A DNA stretch of 64,000 nt, taken from Bdellovibrionota bacterium. GTDB lineage: Bacteria; Bdellovibrionota_C; UBA2361; JBIKWN01. This document shows, in pieces, positions 54,386 to 64,000 of the stretch. The stretch spans positions 107,352-171,351 of the forward strand of contig JBIKWN010000001.1 in assembly GCA_044356295.1 (NCBI GenBank), given 5' to 3'. A model generated the notes under the pieces. It made no database searches. It was not told the DNA's origin and was given only the letters and a program-made list of their open reading frames with translations. A program made the position numbers and the translations under genes. Numbering within the stretch: the stretch's first letter is position 1; every line of letters starts with the position of its first letter.

Positions 54386-55738
54386 ATGAGAAGAATTGTA
54401 CTACCTCTTGTTCTAGCACTTACTGGAGTATTCCTCTCTTATTTTGTTATGGCTCCTGGAATGATGAGTAATGACTCCATTAATCAGTACGAGCAGGCTG
54501 TTCATGGAAAGTATTTCGATCATCATCCCCCGATTATTTCAGTGCTATGGAGGCAACTACTTTTTATAGAACATAATCAGCTACCAATATTTTTCATGCA
54601 TTGTTTACTTTTTTGGATGGGATTATTTTTAATAGGAATCAGTTTTAGTGGTAGTTTTATGCCTATTGCATTGATAGCGGTAGGATTTCTCCCTCATATA
54701 TTTGTGCAACTTGGAATGATTTGGAAAGACGTATCAGTCGTCTCATTTTTTCTATTTTTTATTGGTCTAGCACTATATTTTAAAAAACAAATAAAAATAA
54801 ATCAGCTTGCATTGAGTTGCATTGTGCTTATTACCTTATGGATAGGAGTTGCTGCCCGGCATAACGCAATTTTTGCAGCAGTCCCGCTATTATTTTTTAT
54901 CCTTGAGCCTTCTCAAGCTATCTATAAAAAACTTTATAAAGCAGCCTTGATTACATCTTCCTTTCTTATTCTACAATTTCTTGTTAATCAATATTTTTTT
55001 AAAGTTAAGACAGTCTATCCTTCAGGACAGATTTATTTATTTGATACTGTTGCTATCGCTTCCAGAACTAACGACTTTTCAGTTATTCCTGATTATGTTT
55101 CGAGCTCATTACATGTTTCTAAAAGTGAAATCATAAAATCCTATACTCCAACTAGTGGAGCGGGCATTTTATTTTATGGCGGTAAATCCATGCTTCCTAT
55201 TCACTATGAATGGTATCAGGAAGCAAAGACTTTCTGGTTAGAGGCTATTTCTCGTTATCCACTAATATACATTCAACATAGATATGAAGTTTTTTTGTCA
55301 GTTATTGGATGGAATGTCAGACCTGTTTTTTATCCATGGCATAGGGTGGTAGATCCAAATCCTTATGGATTGGTTGCATCTGATCGTACTATTACAAAAA
55401 TGTATTTTGCATTTATGGAAACTTTAAGAACCGGATATGTACTCCGAGTTTGGTGTTATTTAATGATAGCTTGTTTCATCTTATTGATTCTTGTATTTCA
55501 TAAGAAAGATTTTAGTCAGCAAGACGTTCTTAAACTTCAAGTAACAGCGGCTCTTTGTATCAGCGCACTGTGCTACACAGGAGCCTATTTTTTCATCGCC
55601 CCTGTCAGCGATCTTCGTTTCAATTACTGGACCATAGATGCAATTAGTATTTCGCTGCTGCTATTTCTGTCTGTCTATGTGCCTCTTCTGGTAAAGAAAA
55701 CTCAAAAACTACTACCAGAAATATTGAATAAAAGTTAA
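54386..55738 (+). CDS. Polytopic membrane protein, possible GT-C-type glycosyltransferase
   Basis: PG.M..DS..QY.QA, DHHPP, WKDV, RHN motifs; many TM helices; next to wzm/wzt. Confidence 0.55.
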   Translation: MRRIVLPLVLALTGVFLSYFVMAPGMMSNDSINQYEQAVHGKYFDHHPPIISVLWRQLLFIEHNQLPIFFMHCLLFWMGLFLIGISFSGSFMPIALIAVGFLPHIFVQLGMIWKDVSVVSFFLFFIGLALYFKKQIKINQLALSCIVLITLWIGVAARHNAIFAAVPLLFFILEPSQAIYKKLYKAALITSSFLILQFLVNQYFFKVKTVYPSGQIYLFDTVAIASRTNDFSVIPDYVSSSLHVSKSEIIKSYTPTSGAGILFYGGKSMLPIHYEWYQEAKTFWLEAISRYPLIYIQHRYEVFLSVIGWNVRPVFYPWHRVVDPNPYGLVASDRTITKMYFAFMETLRTGYVLRVWCYLMIACFILLILVFHKKDFSQQDVLKLQVTAALCISALCYTGAYFFIAPVSDLRFNYWTIDAISISLLLFLSVYVPLLVKKTQKLLPEILNKS

Positions 55739-55746
55739 TAAGAAGT

Positions 55747-56646
55747 ATGCTTATTGCCCCAGAACTTCTTCTCATTCTGTTTTGTCTTCTTGGTTTACTT
55801 ATTGGAAGTTTCTTGAATGTATGTATTTTTAGAATTCCAATTACGCAGGATCTTTTTGATGAAGAGTATTATCCAAATTTAAAAATACTCAGAGATGAAT
55901 TTCAAACAAGAAATCAGATGATTTCAGTTTCATTTCCTGCGCGCTCTTTCTGTACATCCTGCAAACATGAGCTCTCTTGGTATCATAATCTGCCAGTTAT
56001 AAGCTGGCTTTTTCTGGGCGGTAAATGTGCTTTTTGTAAAGAAGTAATATCAGTTCGTTATCCTGTTGTTGAACTTCTCTCTGCACTTGCTGCAGCAGGA
56101 AGTATGTTTCTCTTTGATATTTCTTGGGCAGCTTTGGCATCATACGTAATCTGTGCTTGTTTTATTGTTATAAGTTTTATTGATTATGATCATTTCATGA
56201 TCCCCGACGTGATTACGTTTCAACTCGTTCCAATAGGAGTGATTCTAGCCGGTGTTAATCAGTATACTCACTTTCTTCCTATTCCATTTTCTCAGAATTT
56301 AATTGAAAGCTTTCTAGGTTTTCTTGCTGGAGCTGGAGTCCTCTACGTCGTATCAAAAACATACTTACTCCTTCGAAAACGAGAAGGACTTGGTCTGGGA
56401 GATGTAAAGCTCCTTGCTGTTACAGGTGTGTGGTTTGGTTATCAGGGGGCATTTTTCACAATTTTTGTAGGATCTCTTCTAGGTTCAATCTTTGGAGTTT
56501 TTTTCATACTCATGGGTAAAAACAAACTTGCCCAAGAGATACCTTTTGGACCGTACCTTTGTATCGCTAATCTTTTATATATCTTCAATGCCAGTGACAG
56601 AGGCCAATTAGTTATAGAGCCTCTTTTGAGAAGTTTAGGCTTCTAA
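55747..56646 (+). CDS. pilD: Type IV prepilin peptidase/N-methyltransferase
   Basis: GSFLNV.I.R.P, two CxxC, RYP.VEL, ID....IPD, G.GDVKL, IPFGPYL. Confidence 0.95.
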   Translation: MLIAPELLLILFCLLGLLIGSFLNVCIFRIPITQDLFDEEYYPNLKILRDEFQTRNQMISVSFPARSFCTSCKHELSWYHNLPVISWLFLGGKCAFCKEVISVRYPVVELLSALAAAGSMFLFDISWAALASYVICACFIVISFIDYDHFMIPDVITFQLVPIGVILAGVNQYTHFLPIPFSQNLIESFLGFLAGAGVLYVVSKTYLLLRKREGLGLGDVKLLAVTGVWFGYQGAFFTIFVGSLLGSIFGVFFILMGKNKLAQEIPFGPYLCIANLLYIFNASDRGQLVIEPLLRSLGF

Positions 56647-56666
56647 ACAGATCTAGAGATTATCTA

Positions 56667-57080
56667 TTATTTAAATCCTTCACTGTATTGGTCATAGTCC
56701 GAAAGTAGTTCTTCACCAACTTTAATCTCTCGAAGGGTAATAAATATTTCACCATCTTCAGTGGCTACATTTGGATTCTTTGAGTGATTTATAAAAAAAG
56801 ATACATCAATTCTGTTTAACCCTTCATTAGGCAGGAGCCAGATACCATTTTCGCAAACGCAGTATGCTCTAACCATCTCTTGAACTCCGTGTGGGACTGA
56901 TAGAAGCTCTTCTTCAGAAACTTCAATGTAGGTGCCTTCAAACGCTCCAGGAAAAGGATTTGAACCTGATGGAATATCTTTGATAGCAAAAACCCCAACT
57001 CCGTGGCTTCCGGAAGGACGAAGTCGACAGTAGACTTCTTGAGAGAGGTGACGTAACAGTTCTAATTTCGAATACATCAT
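56667..57080 (-). CDS. SET-domain protein (putative lysine methyltransferase)
   Basis: HGVGVFA..DI..G, FINHS..PN, REI..GEEL..DY. Confidence 0.88.
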   Translation of the reverse strand: MMYSKLELLRHLSQEVYCRLRPSGSHGVGVFAIKDIPSGSNPFPGAFEGTYIEVSEEELLSVPHGVQEMVRAYCVCENGIWLLPNEGLNRIDVSFFINHSKNPNVATEDGEIFITLREIKVGEELLSDYDQYSEGFK

Positions 57081-57684
57081 GAAATACTTTTTACTTCTAA
57101 AGTTTTGGAGCTACTTCGTAGCAACTTTTTACTCATTGATTTTCATCATGAATTTCTCATTTGCTCAAGAGCTTTATAAGCAACAAGACGCATCTGGACG
57201 TATTATTTATAGTTCGAAGCCTAAAGAAGGTGATATTCCGCATGTACTTCCAACAATTGCTCGTAAAAATATTGAAATAGTTGCGGATAAAACCTGCATG
57301 ACCCACGGAGGAAATAGTTGCGAGTCCGGACCTGACACTGATGGCTCTGTAATTTGTATGGACGGATATAAGGAAGCCTTATCAAGATTTAATTTTAATT
57401 GTCGAACTGCCAAGCTTTCTATCGTAAATAAAAATCTAACTTCAGATGGGCTTTTAAGAGTAGTAGTCCGCAATTCTGCAGCGGCTTTAGCAAAAGACGT
57501 TTCTGTTGAATATAAGCATAAAACTGAATTTTCAAACACTTTTGAGAAGCTTATAGGAATAGGACCAGAAAAAATAAACGGATTTGAATCTGGGGATTAC
57601 TTATTTAACTTGCCGAATTCATTAGAGTTAATCAGGCAAAATATTGTGGATAAGTTTGAAATAACTTGTGAAAACTGTGGATAA
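57079..57684 (+). CDS. Exported protein with DUF4124-like N-terminal motif
   Basis: Signal peptide, then LYK..D.SG.I.YS.KP; Cys-rich middle. Confidence 0.65.
   Translation: MKYFLLLKFWSYFVATFYSLIFIMNFSFAQELYKQQDASGRIIYSSKPKEGDIPHVLPTIARKNIEIVADKTCMTHGGNSCESGPDTDGSVICMDGYKEALSRFNFNCRTAKLSIVNKNLTSDGLLRVVVRNSAAALAKDVSVEYKHKTEFSNTFEKLIGIGPEKINGFESGDYLFNLPNSLELIRQNIVDKFEITCENCG
57645..57684 (-). promoter_or_regulatory. DnaA-box cluster
   Basis: TGTGGATAA at 57645-57653 and 57676-57684; near match TGTGAAAAC at 57667-57675. Confidence 0.5.
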
Positions 57685-57714
57685 CCCCGCCACGCGCCCT
57701 TACAATAGGGGTAT

Positions 57715-59373
57715 ATGCTTCAGCCTTCCGCGGTTCAGCGAATCATTCCAATTCTTAAGAAAAATGCTCGCCGAGCTCTTAAAATGCGCGTTCAAGGTTT
57801 TCCAAGTCCGTACTACTGCGGTTTTTTATTGAAAGATTTCGAGACCTTTGTCACTTCAGCAGGCAGTGGCTCCCTCTATAAAAAAAAACATGACCGAGAG
57901 CGAATTGTTTTTAATGACTTACGGGTAGGAAGTTACCGCTACGACCAAACAACCGAAGGAGGGCTTACTGATAACAATCATGAGCATGAATCCTACCAGT
58001 ACTCGACTGTACCAATTGATGACCTACATTACGATGGATTAAGCCTTGCTCTTTGGAGGCTCTCAGAATGTAAATACCGAGAAGCAGTATCAGATTACAA
58101 TCATAAGAATGCTTTAAGACTTTCATTAGTGGATCAAAACAGCGATCTTCATTCCTTTGTTCAGCTTCGTCCCCATAAGAAAATTTTTATAGAGGCTCCA
58201 GAACGAGTTGATAGCCATCGTTGGCAAAAAATCTGTAAAGATGTAAGTGCTTGGATTTCAGAATTTCCAGGAATCTTTGATTCAACCGTTGAATTTGAAG
58301 CCGAGCAGAGTTCGTCAATCTTTGTATCGTCCGAAGGAAGCACTATTGTTCAGCATCGACAAATCTTTACGTTAAGTGCTTCGATACGGCATTTAAATAA
58401 AGATGGTTCCCAAATTACTCAAGACTATGTAGCCAATGTTGCAACTCAAAAAGAGCTTCCATCTGTTCGAGAGTTTAAAAAAGCTCTGTTAGAGAAATAT
58501 TATAATCTCCAACAACTTGTAAAAGCTGAAAAAATCCACTCATTTTCTGGGCCTGTATTGCTTTTTCCAAAGCCTGCTGGACTTCTTTTACATGAAGCAA
58601 TTGGACATCGACTTGAAGGAAGTCGCTTGCTCTCAAATGGAGAAGGTCAAACGTTTAAAGGTCAACTTGGAAAAAGAATTCTTCCTGTTGATCTAACGAT
58701 AGTAGATGACCCAACAAAAAAACGGTTTGAAGATGTTCGATGCCTTGCAAGTTATACTTTTGACGATGAAGGAGCGCCCGGGCAAAAAGTAACCCTTGTA
58801 GAGAAAGGTATTTTAAAAAGTTTTCTTTCGACTCGAGCAGCTTTACAAAAGAAAAACTTTATTCCTAATGGGCATTCGAGAAATCGAGGCTTTGAACGTC
58901 CTATAAGTAGGATGTCAGTTTTTGAAGTTCGAGGTGAACGAACGTATTCAGATGAACAGCTTCGAGAGATGTTGATTCGGGAAATTAAAAAGCAAAAAGT
59001 CCCCTTTGGAATGATTGTCTACGAAACGTGTGGTGGAGAGACTGATACTAGTTCTTACGATTTCCAAGCGTTTAGTGGAGAGATATCTTTCGCTACGTTA
59101 CTTTTTCCAGATGGTAGAGAAGTGCCAGCTCGAGGTGTTAATTTTGTTGGTACGCCACTCCAAGCCCTCGCTAATATCATTGCACTCGGTGATACTCAAG
59201 AAATAGAAAATCATTTTTGTGGTGCTGAATCAGGTTTTATTCCTGTTACCACTATCTCTCCTGCAATGCTTCTTAAGTCTCTTGAACTTCAAGCTAAAGA
59301 TGAAGAGCTCGTTACTCAGCATATTTTACCAAAGCCAAAAAAATATCATAAACGAAAACCCCGCACCGAATAG
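57715..59373 (+). CDS. TldD/PmbA-family metalloprotease (TldD-like)
   Basis: HEAIGHRLE, DDPT, FDDEG, LVEKG.L, NGH.R, C..ESG..PV...SP. Confidence 0.85.
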   Translation: MLQPSAVQRIIPILKKNARRALKMRVQGFPSPYYCGFLLKDFETFVTSAGSGSLYKKKHDRERIVFNDLRVGSYRYDQTTEGGLTDNNHEHESYQYSTVPIDDLHYDGLSLALWRLSECKYREAVSDYNHKNALRLSLVDQNSDLHSFVQLRPHKKIFIEAPERVDSHRWQKICKDVSAWISEFPGIFDSTVEFEAEQSSSIFVSSEGSTIVQHRQIFTLSASIRHLNKDGSQITQDYVANVATQKELPSVREFKKALLEKYYNLQQLVKAEKIHSFSGPVLLFPKPAGLLLHEAIGHRLEGSRLLSNGEGQTFKGQLGKRILPVDLTIVDDPTKKRFEDVRCLASYTFDDEGAPGQKVTLVEKGILKSFLSTRAALQKKNFIPNGHSRNRGFERPISRMSVFEVRGERTYSDEQLREMLIREIKKQKVPFGMIVYETCGGETDTSSYDFQAFSGEISFATLLFPDGREVPARGVNFVGTPLQALANIIALGDTQEIENHFCGAESGFIPVTTISPAMLLKSLELQAKDEELVTQHILPKPKKYHKRKPRTE

Positions 59374-59415
59374 CCTTTCGGAGGCATCTTCTCTAATAAG
59401 AGGAAGGGAATCTTC

Positions 59416-60120
59416 GTGGTAGTATTCAACAGAGAGCTAAAAACAGTCGGTAGTCTTGGTGGGATTCATCAAGAAGCTTCTCATTCAAAACCATTCCTAC
59501 AAAATCCTGTTTCAGAATCAAAAGATACAACAGTCCTTGTTATCAACGCGAGCCACGAGATGGCTAAAGAGATAACACTTCAACTGACATTAAAAATTCC
59601 CGGATGCTCTATTGCTTATGCGCCAACTCTTGAGCTTGCTCGGTTTGTTCTTACCCGTAAGAAAATTGACTTAATTGTTTCTAGTCCAGTATTGCCAGAC
59701 GGTTCAATATTAAAATTAAAAGAGATTCTTAGTGAACTTCAAAATGCCCCTGATTTAGTTGTTGTTGGCAATATTAATATCCACAATGCCGAAACACTTT
59801 CACAAATGGGATATGAATACGTCAAGTTTAAGAAACTTAGTTTATCAAGCCCAAGAAAAGAAACATCTTTCCCAATTATTCATAAAAGAAAAGTAGATGA
59901 ATCTTTGAAATCCCTAGGTGCAGATATTCGTAATGACTTAAATAACCCTCTTCAAGAGATAGTGGCGATGGTGTTTGTTGCTAAAGCGACTGGCGAGTCT
60001 GAAACTACCAGCACTGCACTGGAAGCAATAGATAAAGCCGCACAAAACTTAGCTTCAATTGTGAGTGGATTGGAGGATAAGATTCGAGGTGCTGTTGTTA
60101 GAGAACCAACTCATTTCTAG
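59416..60120 (+). CDS. Degenerate receiver domain fused to a HisKA-like helical domain
   Basis: DLIVSSPVLPDGS (receiver-like, no Asp) and IRNDLNNPLQEI (H-box-like, no His); no HATPase domain. Confidence 0.65.
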   Translation: MVVFNRELKTVGSLGGIHQEASHSKPFLQNPVSESKDTTVLVINASHEMAKEITLQLTLKIPGCSIAYAPTLELARFVLTRKKIDLIVSSPVLPDGSILKLKEILSELQNAPDLVVVGNINIHNAETLSQMGYEYVKFKKLSLSSPRKETSFPIIHKRKVDESLKSLGADIRNDLNNPLQEIVAMVFVAKATGESETTSTALEAIDKAAQNLASIVSGLEDKIRGAVVREPTHF

Positions 60121-60166
60121 CACCGAGCGCTAACGCTCAATTTTAAAATCATGATAAGCTCTTCCT

Positions 60167-61351
60167 ATGTCAGCTCGGCTTATTGCTCATTTATTACTTA
60201 TTACTTTCGGTATAGCTTTTATTCTAGTGCACTTGATGCCGCCCTTTGAGCAAAAGGAATTTATTATTCATTGTTTGGAAGGTGGTTTAATTGGAGCGCT
60301 TGCCGATTGGTTTGCAGTTACTGCACTTTTTAGACGACCGCTCGGCATCCCCTTCCCCCACAGTGCAATTATTGTTAGTAAGCAAAAAGCAATTGCAGCT
60401 CATTTTGGACTTTTTGTTGAAGAAAAATTTCTTCATAAGGATGTCATCGCCTCAAAGCTTTCAAATCAAAAAATAGCCATTCATATCGGGCGGTTTCTAA
60501 AAGATAATGAATATCGCCCTAAGGCGAGTACGATTATTGGAAAATCAATACTTACTTTCCGAACCTTTCTGTTTTCTCCTGTGCTTGTTGGCGTAGTTTC
60601 TAAAGGAATTACTGATTCATTAAGAAGTTATTCATTAGTTCACTTACTTACTATTCTAAAAAACATTTTTTCAAATGAAGAATATTTTAATCCTCTTGCA
60701 GATAAATTAATTAGAGGACTATCAAAGTTATTGGAAGATGAAAAAGAAGAGATAAGAAACAGAGTAAAAAAGAGCCTTCCTTGGTTTTTACCATCTTTCG
60801 TGGATGATAAGTTATACGAACTACTCATTAATGGAATGAAAAGTTTTGTTACAGAAATCCAGATGGATTCAGCCCATCCCTTTCGAAGAAAATTACGTGA
60901 AAAACTAATTAATTTTGCTGAATCGCCTTCGAGCCTTTCTTTGTTGGAAAAAATAAGAAATGAGCTCTTAGATAGTAATCAATGGCAATCATTTCTTGCC
61001 GAGTTTTTTATATCTGCAAAAGAGAAGCAGATTTCAATCGAGAAAGAAGAGATCTTTATCGAAGCTATTAATGATTTCTTAATGCATTTGAGTACGTCAT
61101 TACTAGAGCATGGCAATGCACTTTCTACGTTAGAAGAGACTCTTAAAGATGTCATTGTAACTTTTAGTCAATACGGAAAAAGTTTTGTACGGGACCTTAT
61201 TACGGATACTTTGAATTCTTGGGATGTTAAAACTCTTGTTTCTTCAATTGAAGGAAGTATAGGAGAGGATCTTCAATATATAAGGATAAACGGGACAGTT
61301 CTTGGAGCAGTACTCGGCGGAGGTTTTTTTATACTAAGAACTTTTTTGTAA
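60167..61351 (+). CDS. DUF445-family membrane protein
   Basis: GALADWFAVTALFR.PLG.P.PH.AII; DLQYIRINGT..G. Confidence 0.9.
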   Translation: MSARLIAHLLLITFGIAFILVHLMPPFEQKEFIIHCLEGGLIGALADWFAVTALFRRPLGIPFPHSAIIVSKQKAIAAHFGLFVEEKFLHKDVIASKLSNQKIAIHIGRFLKDNEYRPKASTIIGKSILTFRTFLFSPVLVGVVSKGITDSLRSYSLVHLLTILKNIFSNEEYFNPLADKLIRGLSKLLEDEKEEIRNRVKKSLPWFLPSFVDDKLYELLINGMKSFVTEIQMDSAHPFRRKLREKLINFAESPSSLSLLEKIRNELLDSNQWQSFLAEFFISAKEKQISIEKEEIFIEAINDFLMHLSTSLLEHGNALSTLEETLKDVIVTFSQYGKSFVRDLITDTLNSWDVKTLVSSIEGSIGEDLQYIRINGTVLGAVLGGGFFILRTFL

Positions 61352-61366
61352 CACTTGACTTATTTG

Positions 61367-62602
61367 TTATGTAAGAGCTCTTCGTAATGTATCGAGTGCT
61401 TTATACGCTGCAAATTTTCTAATCGCTGTTCTGTCTGATAGGAAAAAGTTTTTACTTGCACTATTTTCTTTATCTGTAGCTATTCCAATATAAAAAGTGC
61501 CAACTGGTTTTTCATCACTTCCACCCTCTGGTCCTGCAATACCAGTAATAGAAAGAGCTATATCAGCACCTGTCTTTTGTCTTGCTCCGACTGCCATTGC
61601 AATTGCACACTTTTCACTGACCGCTCCATAGGTAGAAAGTATCTCTGACGGAACAAGTAGATCGTTAATCTTTCTTTCATTGGCATAGGTAATATAGCCA
61701 CCAAGGAAAAAAGAAGAAGAACCAGCGAGTCTTGTAAGATACGATCCTAAAAGACCTCCAGTGCAACTTTCAGCAACAGCAATCGTTTTATTCTTTGAAA
61801 GGAGTATATGACCAACTGTTTCCGGAAGCCCTAGTTCTTGATCTTCTATAAATATAAATTCATTACCAACAGCATGTTTTGCTTTTCCGATGGCGGCATC
61901 GACTTCTGTCTTATCTTTTCCTTTTATGACGATATGGATTTCAGGAAAACTTGCTCTATAAGATACAAATAGATCAGAGGTTAAGTTGAGTCCCTTAATA
62001 ATTGAACCTACATTTGATTCAGGTAGTCCGAAAACTCTAAATGATCTTCTCTCGATTGGTGTTGTATTACATTCTTTCTGGAGTATCGGCAGAATTGAAT
62101 CTTGAAACATCGGTTTTAGTTCTTTTGGTACTCCAGGAACCGAAAAGATTAAAGTATTATTTTTGAATAGCGAAAAGCCCTCAGCTGTCCCAACATGGTT
62201 ATCGATAATTGAGGCATCCTCTGGAAAAAGGGCTTGTTTATGATTTGAAGGATCAAGCACTCTTTGTCGTTTTGCATAGAGCACTTCAAGTCTTTTTAGG
62301 GAATCTTCATTTTTAATCAGAGCTTTTTCTGCCCAGAGAGCGATGCCTTCACGAGTGAGGTCATCGGTTGTCGGTCCCAAGCCACCACTGACGATAATAA
62401 AAGAGCTTTGCTTCGCGAGGAATGTCAGTGAAGAAGTGATTTCGTTTAAATCATCATCACACGTCAAAATTCGATTGAGCTTGATACCGAATTTTGAAAG
62501 TTCAGTTGCGATAAACTGAGAGTTAGTGTCTTGAACTCGACCATCAAGAATCTCGGAACCAATTGTTAGTATTGAAACAGATTTTTCTAAATTTTTATCC
62601 AC
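61367..62602 (-). CDS. cinA: CinA (molybdopterin-binding-like domain + PncC NMN deamidase)
   Basis: IGSEIL.G...DTN, SGGLGPT.DD.T, PGVP.E, AVAESCTGG, SITGIAGP.GG; GTG start at 62602 preferred. Confidence 0.93.
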   Translation of the reverse strand: MDKNLEKSVSILTIGSEILDGRVQDTNSQFIATELSKFGIKLNRILTCDDDLNEITSSLTFLAKQSSFIIVSGGLGPTTDDLTREGIALWAEKALIKNEDSLKRLEVLYAKRQRVLDPSNHKQALFPEDASIIDNHVGTAEGFSLFKNNTLIFSVPGVPKELKPMFQDSILPILQKECNTTPIERRSFRVFGLPESNVGSIIKGLNLTSDLFVSYRASFPEIHIVIKGKDKTEVDAAIGKAKHAVGNEFIFIEDQELGLPETVGHILLSKNKTIAVAESCTGGLLGSYLTRLAGSSSFFLGGYITYANERKINDLLVPSEILSTYGAVSEKCAIAMAVGARQKTGADIALSITGIAGPEGGSDEKPVGTFYIGIATDKENSASKNFFLSDRTAIRKFAAYKALDTLRRALT

Positions 62603-63980
62603 GCCGTGTAGAGGATACCTTTGCATTGGATGCATAGGCAACGGTTTGAAGCTGTTGTTTTAAAGTTTCTAGAGAAGCCATTATAATTTTTGGAGCGGTA
62701 AGATTTTTTTCATTGATTACATTTGGAAGCTTCGTTGTTAGAGGATTAACGTACTTACCATTGTCGTACAGACTAAAATGCAGATGTGGACCTGTACTGA
62801 GGCCTGTTGTTCCAACAGCACCGATGAGTTGCCCGCGTGAAACCTTTGAACCAGCTTTAATTCCTGGCTGAATTTTAGATAGATGAAGGTATGCAGTTGA
62901 CCATTTCGAAGAGTGATTGATTTTTACCATATAGCCAGAAGAGCCATAATAGCCAGCTCTTTCGACTTTTCCTTCTCCTACAGAGCGTACTGGAGTCCCC
63001 ACAGGTGCTGCAAAATCAACCCCATTATGAGGACGAGCAACTCCCAAAACAGGATGAAATCTGGCTTTTGTAAAAACTGAAGAAATTCTTGAGAACGTTA
63101 ATGGGTATTTTAGAAAGTAAGAACCAAGAGGCTCACCTTTTTCGTTGAAACTTTGAAAAGTGCCATCATTATTTTTATATTTCAGAACAGCTTTGAGGTT
63201 GCCATCATTAATAATACTTGCTGAAGAAATCTCAACAGGCTCGCCCCATGTACCGTCCTTGTATTGGTTTTGTTTGAGGATGATTGCAAAAACATCACCG
63301 GGCTGAAGATCCTTTCGAAAGTCGATTCTGTCTCCAAATAAATCAACATAATCGTCAACAAGTGATATTGGTAGTCCTGCTGTTTGAGCTGCACTAATAA
63401 AATTAGAGTAAATTGTACCCGACACAACTCGCTCTGTTATCGTAGGTGTATCTAAATAAGTTTCAGCAATGAATTGATTTCCAGTAGTTCGACGTACGGT
63501 AACTCTATGGTCCTTATTGTAGCGCCAAGAGATCTCAAGTGGAGTTCCGTCGCTGTCATGCTTAGAAAAAACTGTTGTGCCGCGATTTAGAATTGATGGT
63601 ACTGAAACAAGTTTAAGGGAATCTTGTACGAGTTGATTTTCAAGGGGATCGGCAACGAGTGTAGTATTCCAAAATGTAGAAATAGTCGTTTGATTTTTTA
63701 TGTCTCTCCGTTGATTTTGATTTAAAGTAAAAAGAGCCTCTGAGGAATCTTGAGAGATAAAATCATTTTGGTTAAAGCTAATTGGAAGAATTGAAAGATT
63801 TGCAGGTGTTTGAAGTGGGGGTGAAAATTTAGCAACTATTTTATAGAGCCAAGGGTTTAGAGCTGGTTTTAAAATAAAAGGGTTATCGGTATCATGTCTA
63901 TCCCAGTTGATAACAGAGAGAAGGGTCGAAAAGAGAAATAACGAAAGGATAAACTGGAGAAGTTTTTTAGTTCGAATCAT
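62595..63980 (-). CDS. M23-family peptidoglycan endopeptidase (MepM-like)
   Basis: N-terminal TM; R.HPV....PHNGVDFAAP.GTPV, YLHL, TG.STGPHLHF. Confidence 0.92.
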   Translation of the reverse strand: MIRTKKLLQFILSLFLFSTLLSVINWDRHDTDNPFILKPALNPWLYKIVAKFSPPLQTPANLSILPISFNQNDFISQDSSEALFTLNQNQRRDIKNQTTISTFWNTTLVADPLENQLVQDSLKLVSVPSILNRGTTVFSKHDSDGTPLEISWRYNKDHRVTVRRTTGNQFIAETYLDTPTITERVVSGTIYSNFISAAQTAGLPISLVDDYVDLFGDRIDFRKDLQPGDVFAIILKQNQYKDGTWGEPVEISSASIINDGNLKAVLKYKNNDGTFQSFNEKGEPLGSYFLKYPLTFSRISSVFTKARFHPVLGVARPHNGVDFAAPVGTPVRSVGEGKVERAGYYGSSGYMVKINHSSKWSTAYLHLSKIQPGIKAGSKVSRGQLIGAVGTTGLSTGPHLHFSLYDNGKYVNPLTTKLPNVINEKNLTAPKIIMASLETLKQQLQTVAYASNAKVSSTRRG

Positions 63981-64000
63981 GAGCCATTGCAGGATAAAAT

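Overview
AT-rich bacterial chromosomal segment, mostly housekeeping genes. Gene content and style suggest a Bdellovibrionota/deltaproteobacteria-like organism; this is inference only. It carries gyrB (5'-truncated), glmU, panE, icd, a double-length uvrA, a DtxR/MntR regulator divergent from an sco-coxBACD (A2-type, di-haem-c) oxidase operon, nadE, terC/nhaR, a glutathione peroxidase, and a Chlamydia-type class Ic (Mn/Fe) nrdAB preceded by DnaA and NrdR boxes. Further on are perR-katG, uvrD, rlmE-mlaEFDC-fcl-galE-glycosyltransferase, wzm/wzt, pilD, a SET-domain protein, a TldD-like protease, cinA and an M23 peptidase. The main hidden structure is an integrase-less integron cassette array (CALIN) at about 34187-36540, with readable attC sites. 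One inverted cassette carries an ORF6N gene containing a perfect 29-bp in-frame palindrome. Other unannotated signals: a decayed duplicate of the glmU 5' end, a 35-aa basic ORF, a candidate minus-strand sRNA/13-aa peptide unit, a hexamer-repeat hairpin, and a pseudo-receiver/pseudo-HisKA protein. No rRNA, tRNA, CRISPR array, integrase or transposase was recognised. All product calls come from motif recognition by eye, not database searches.
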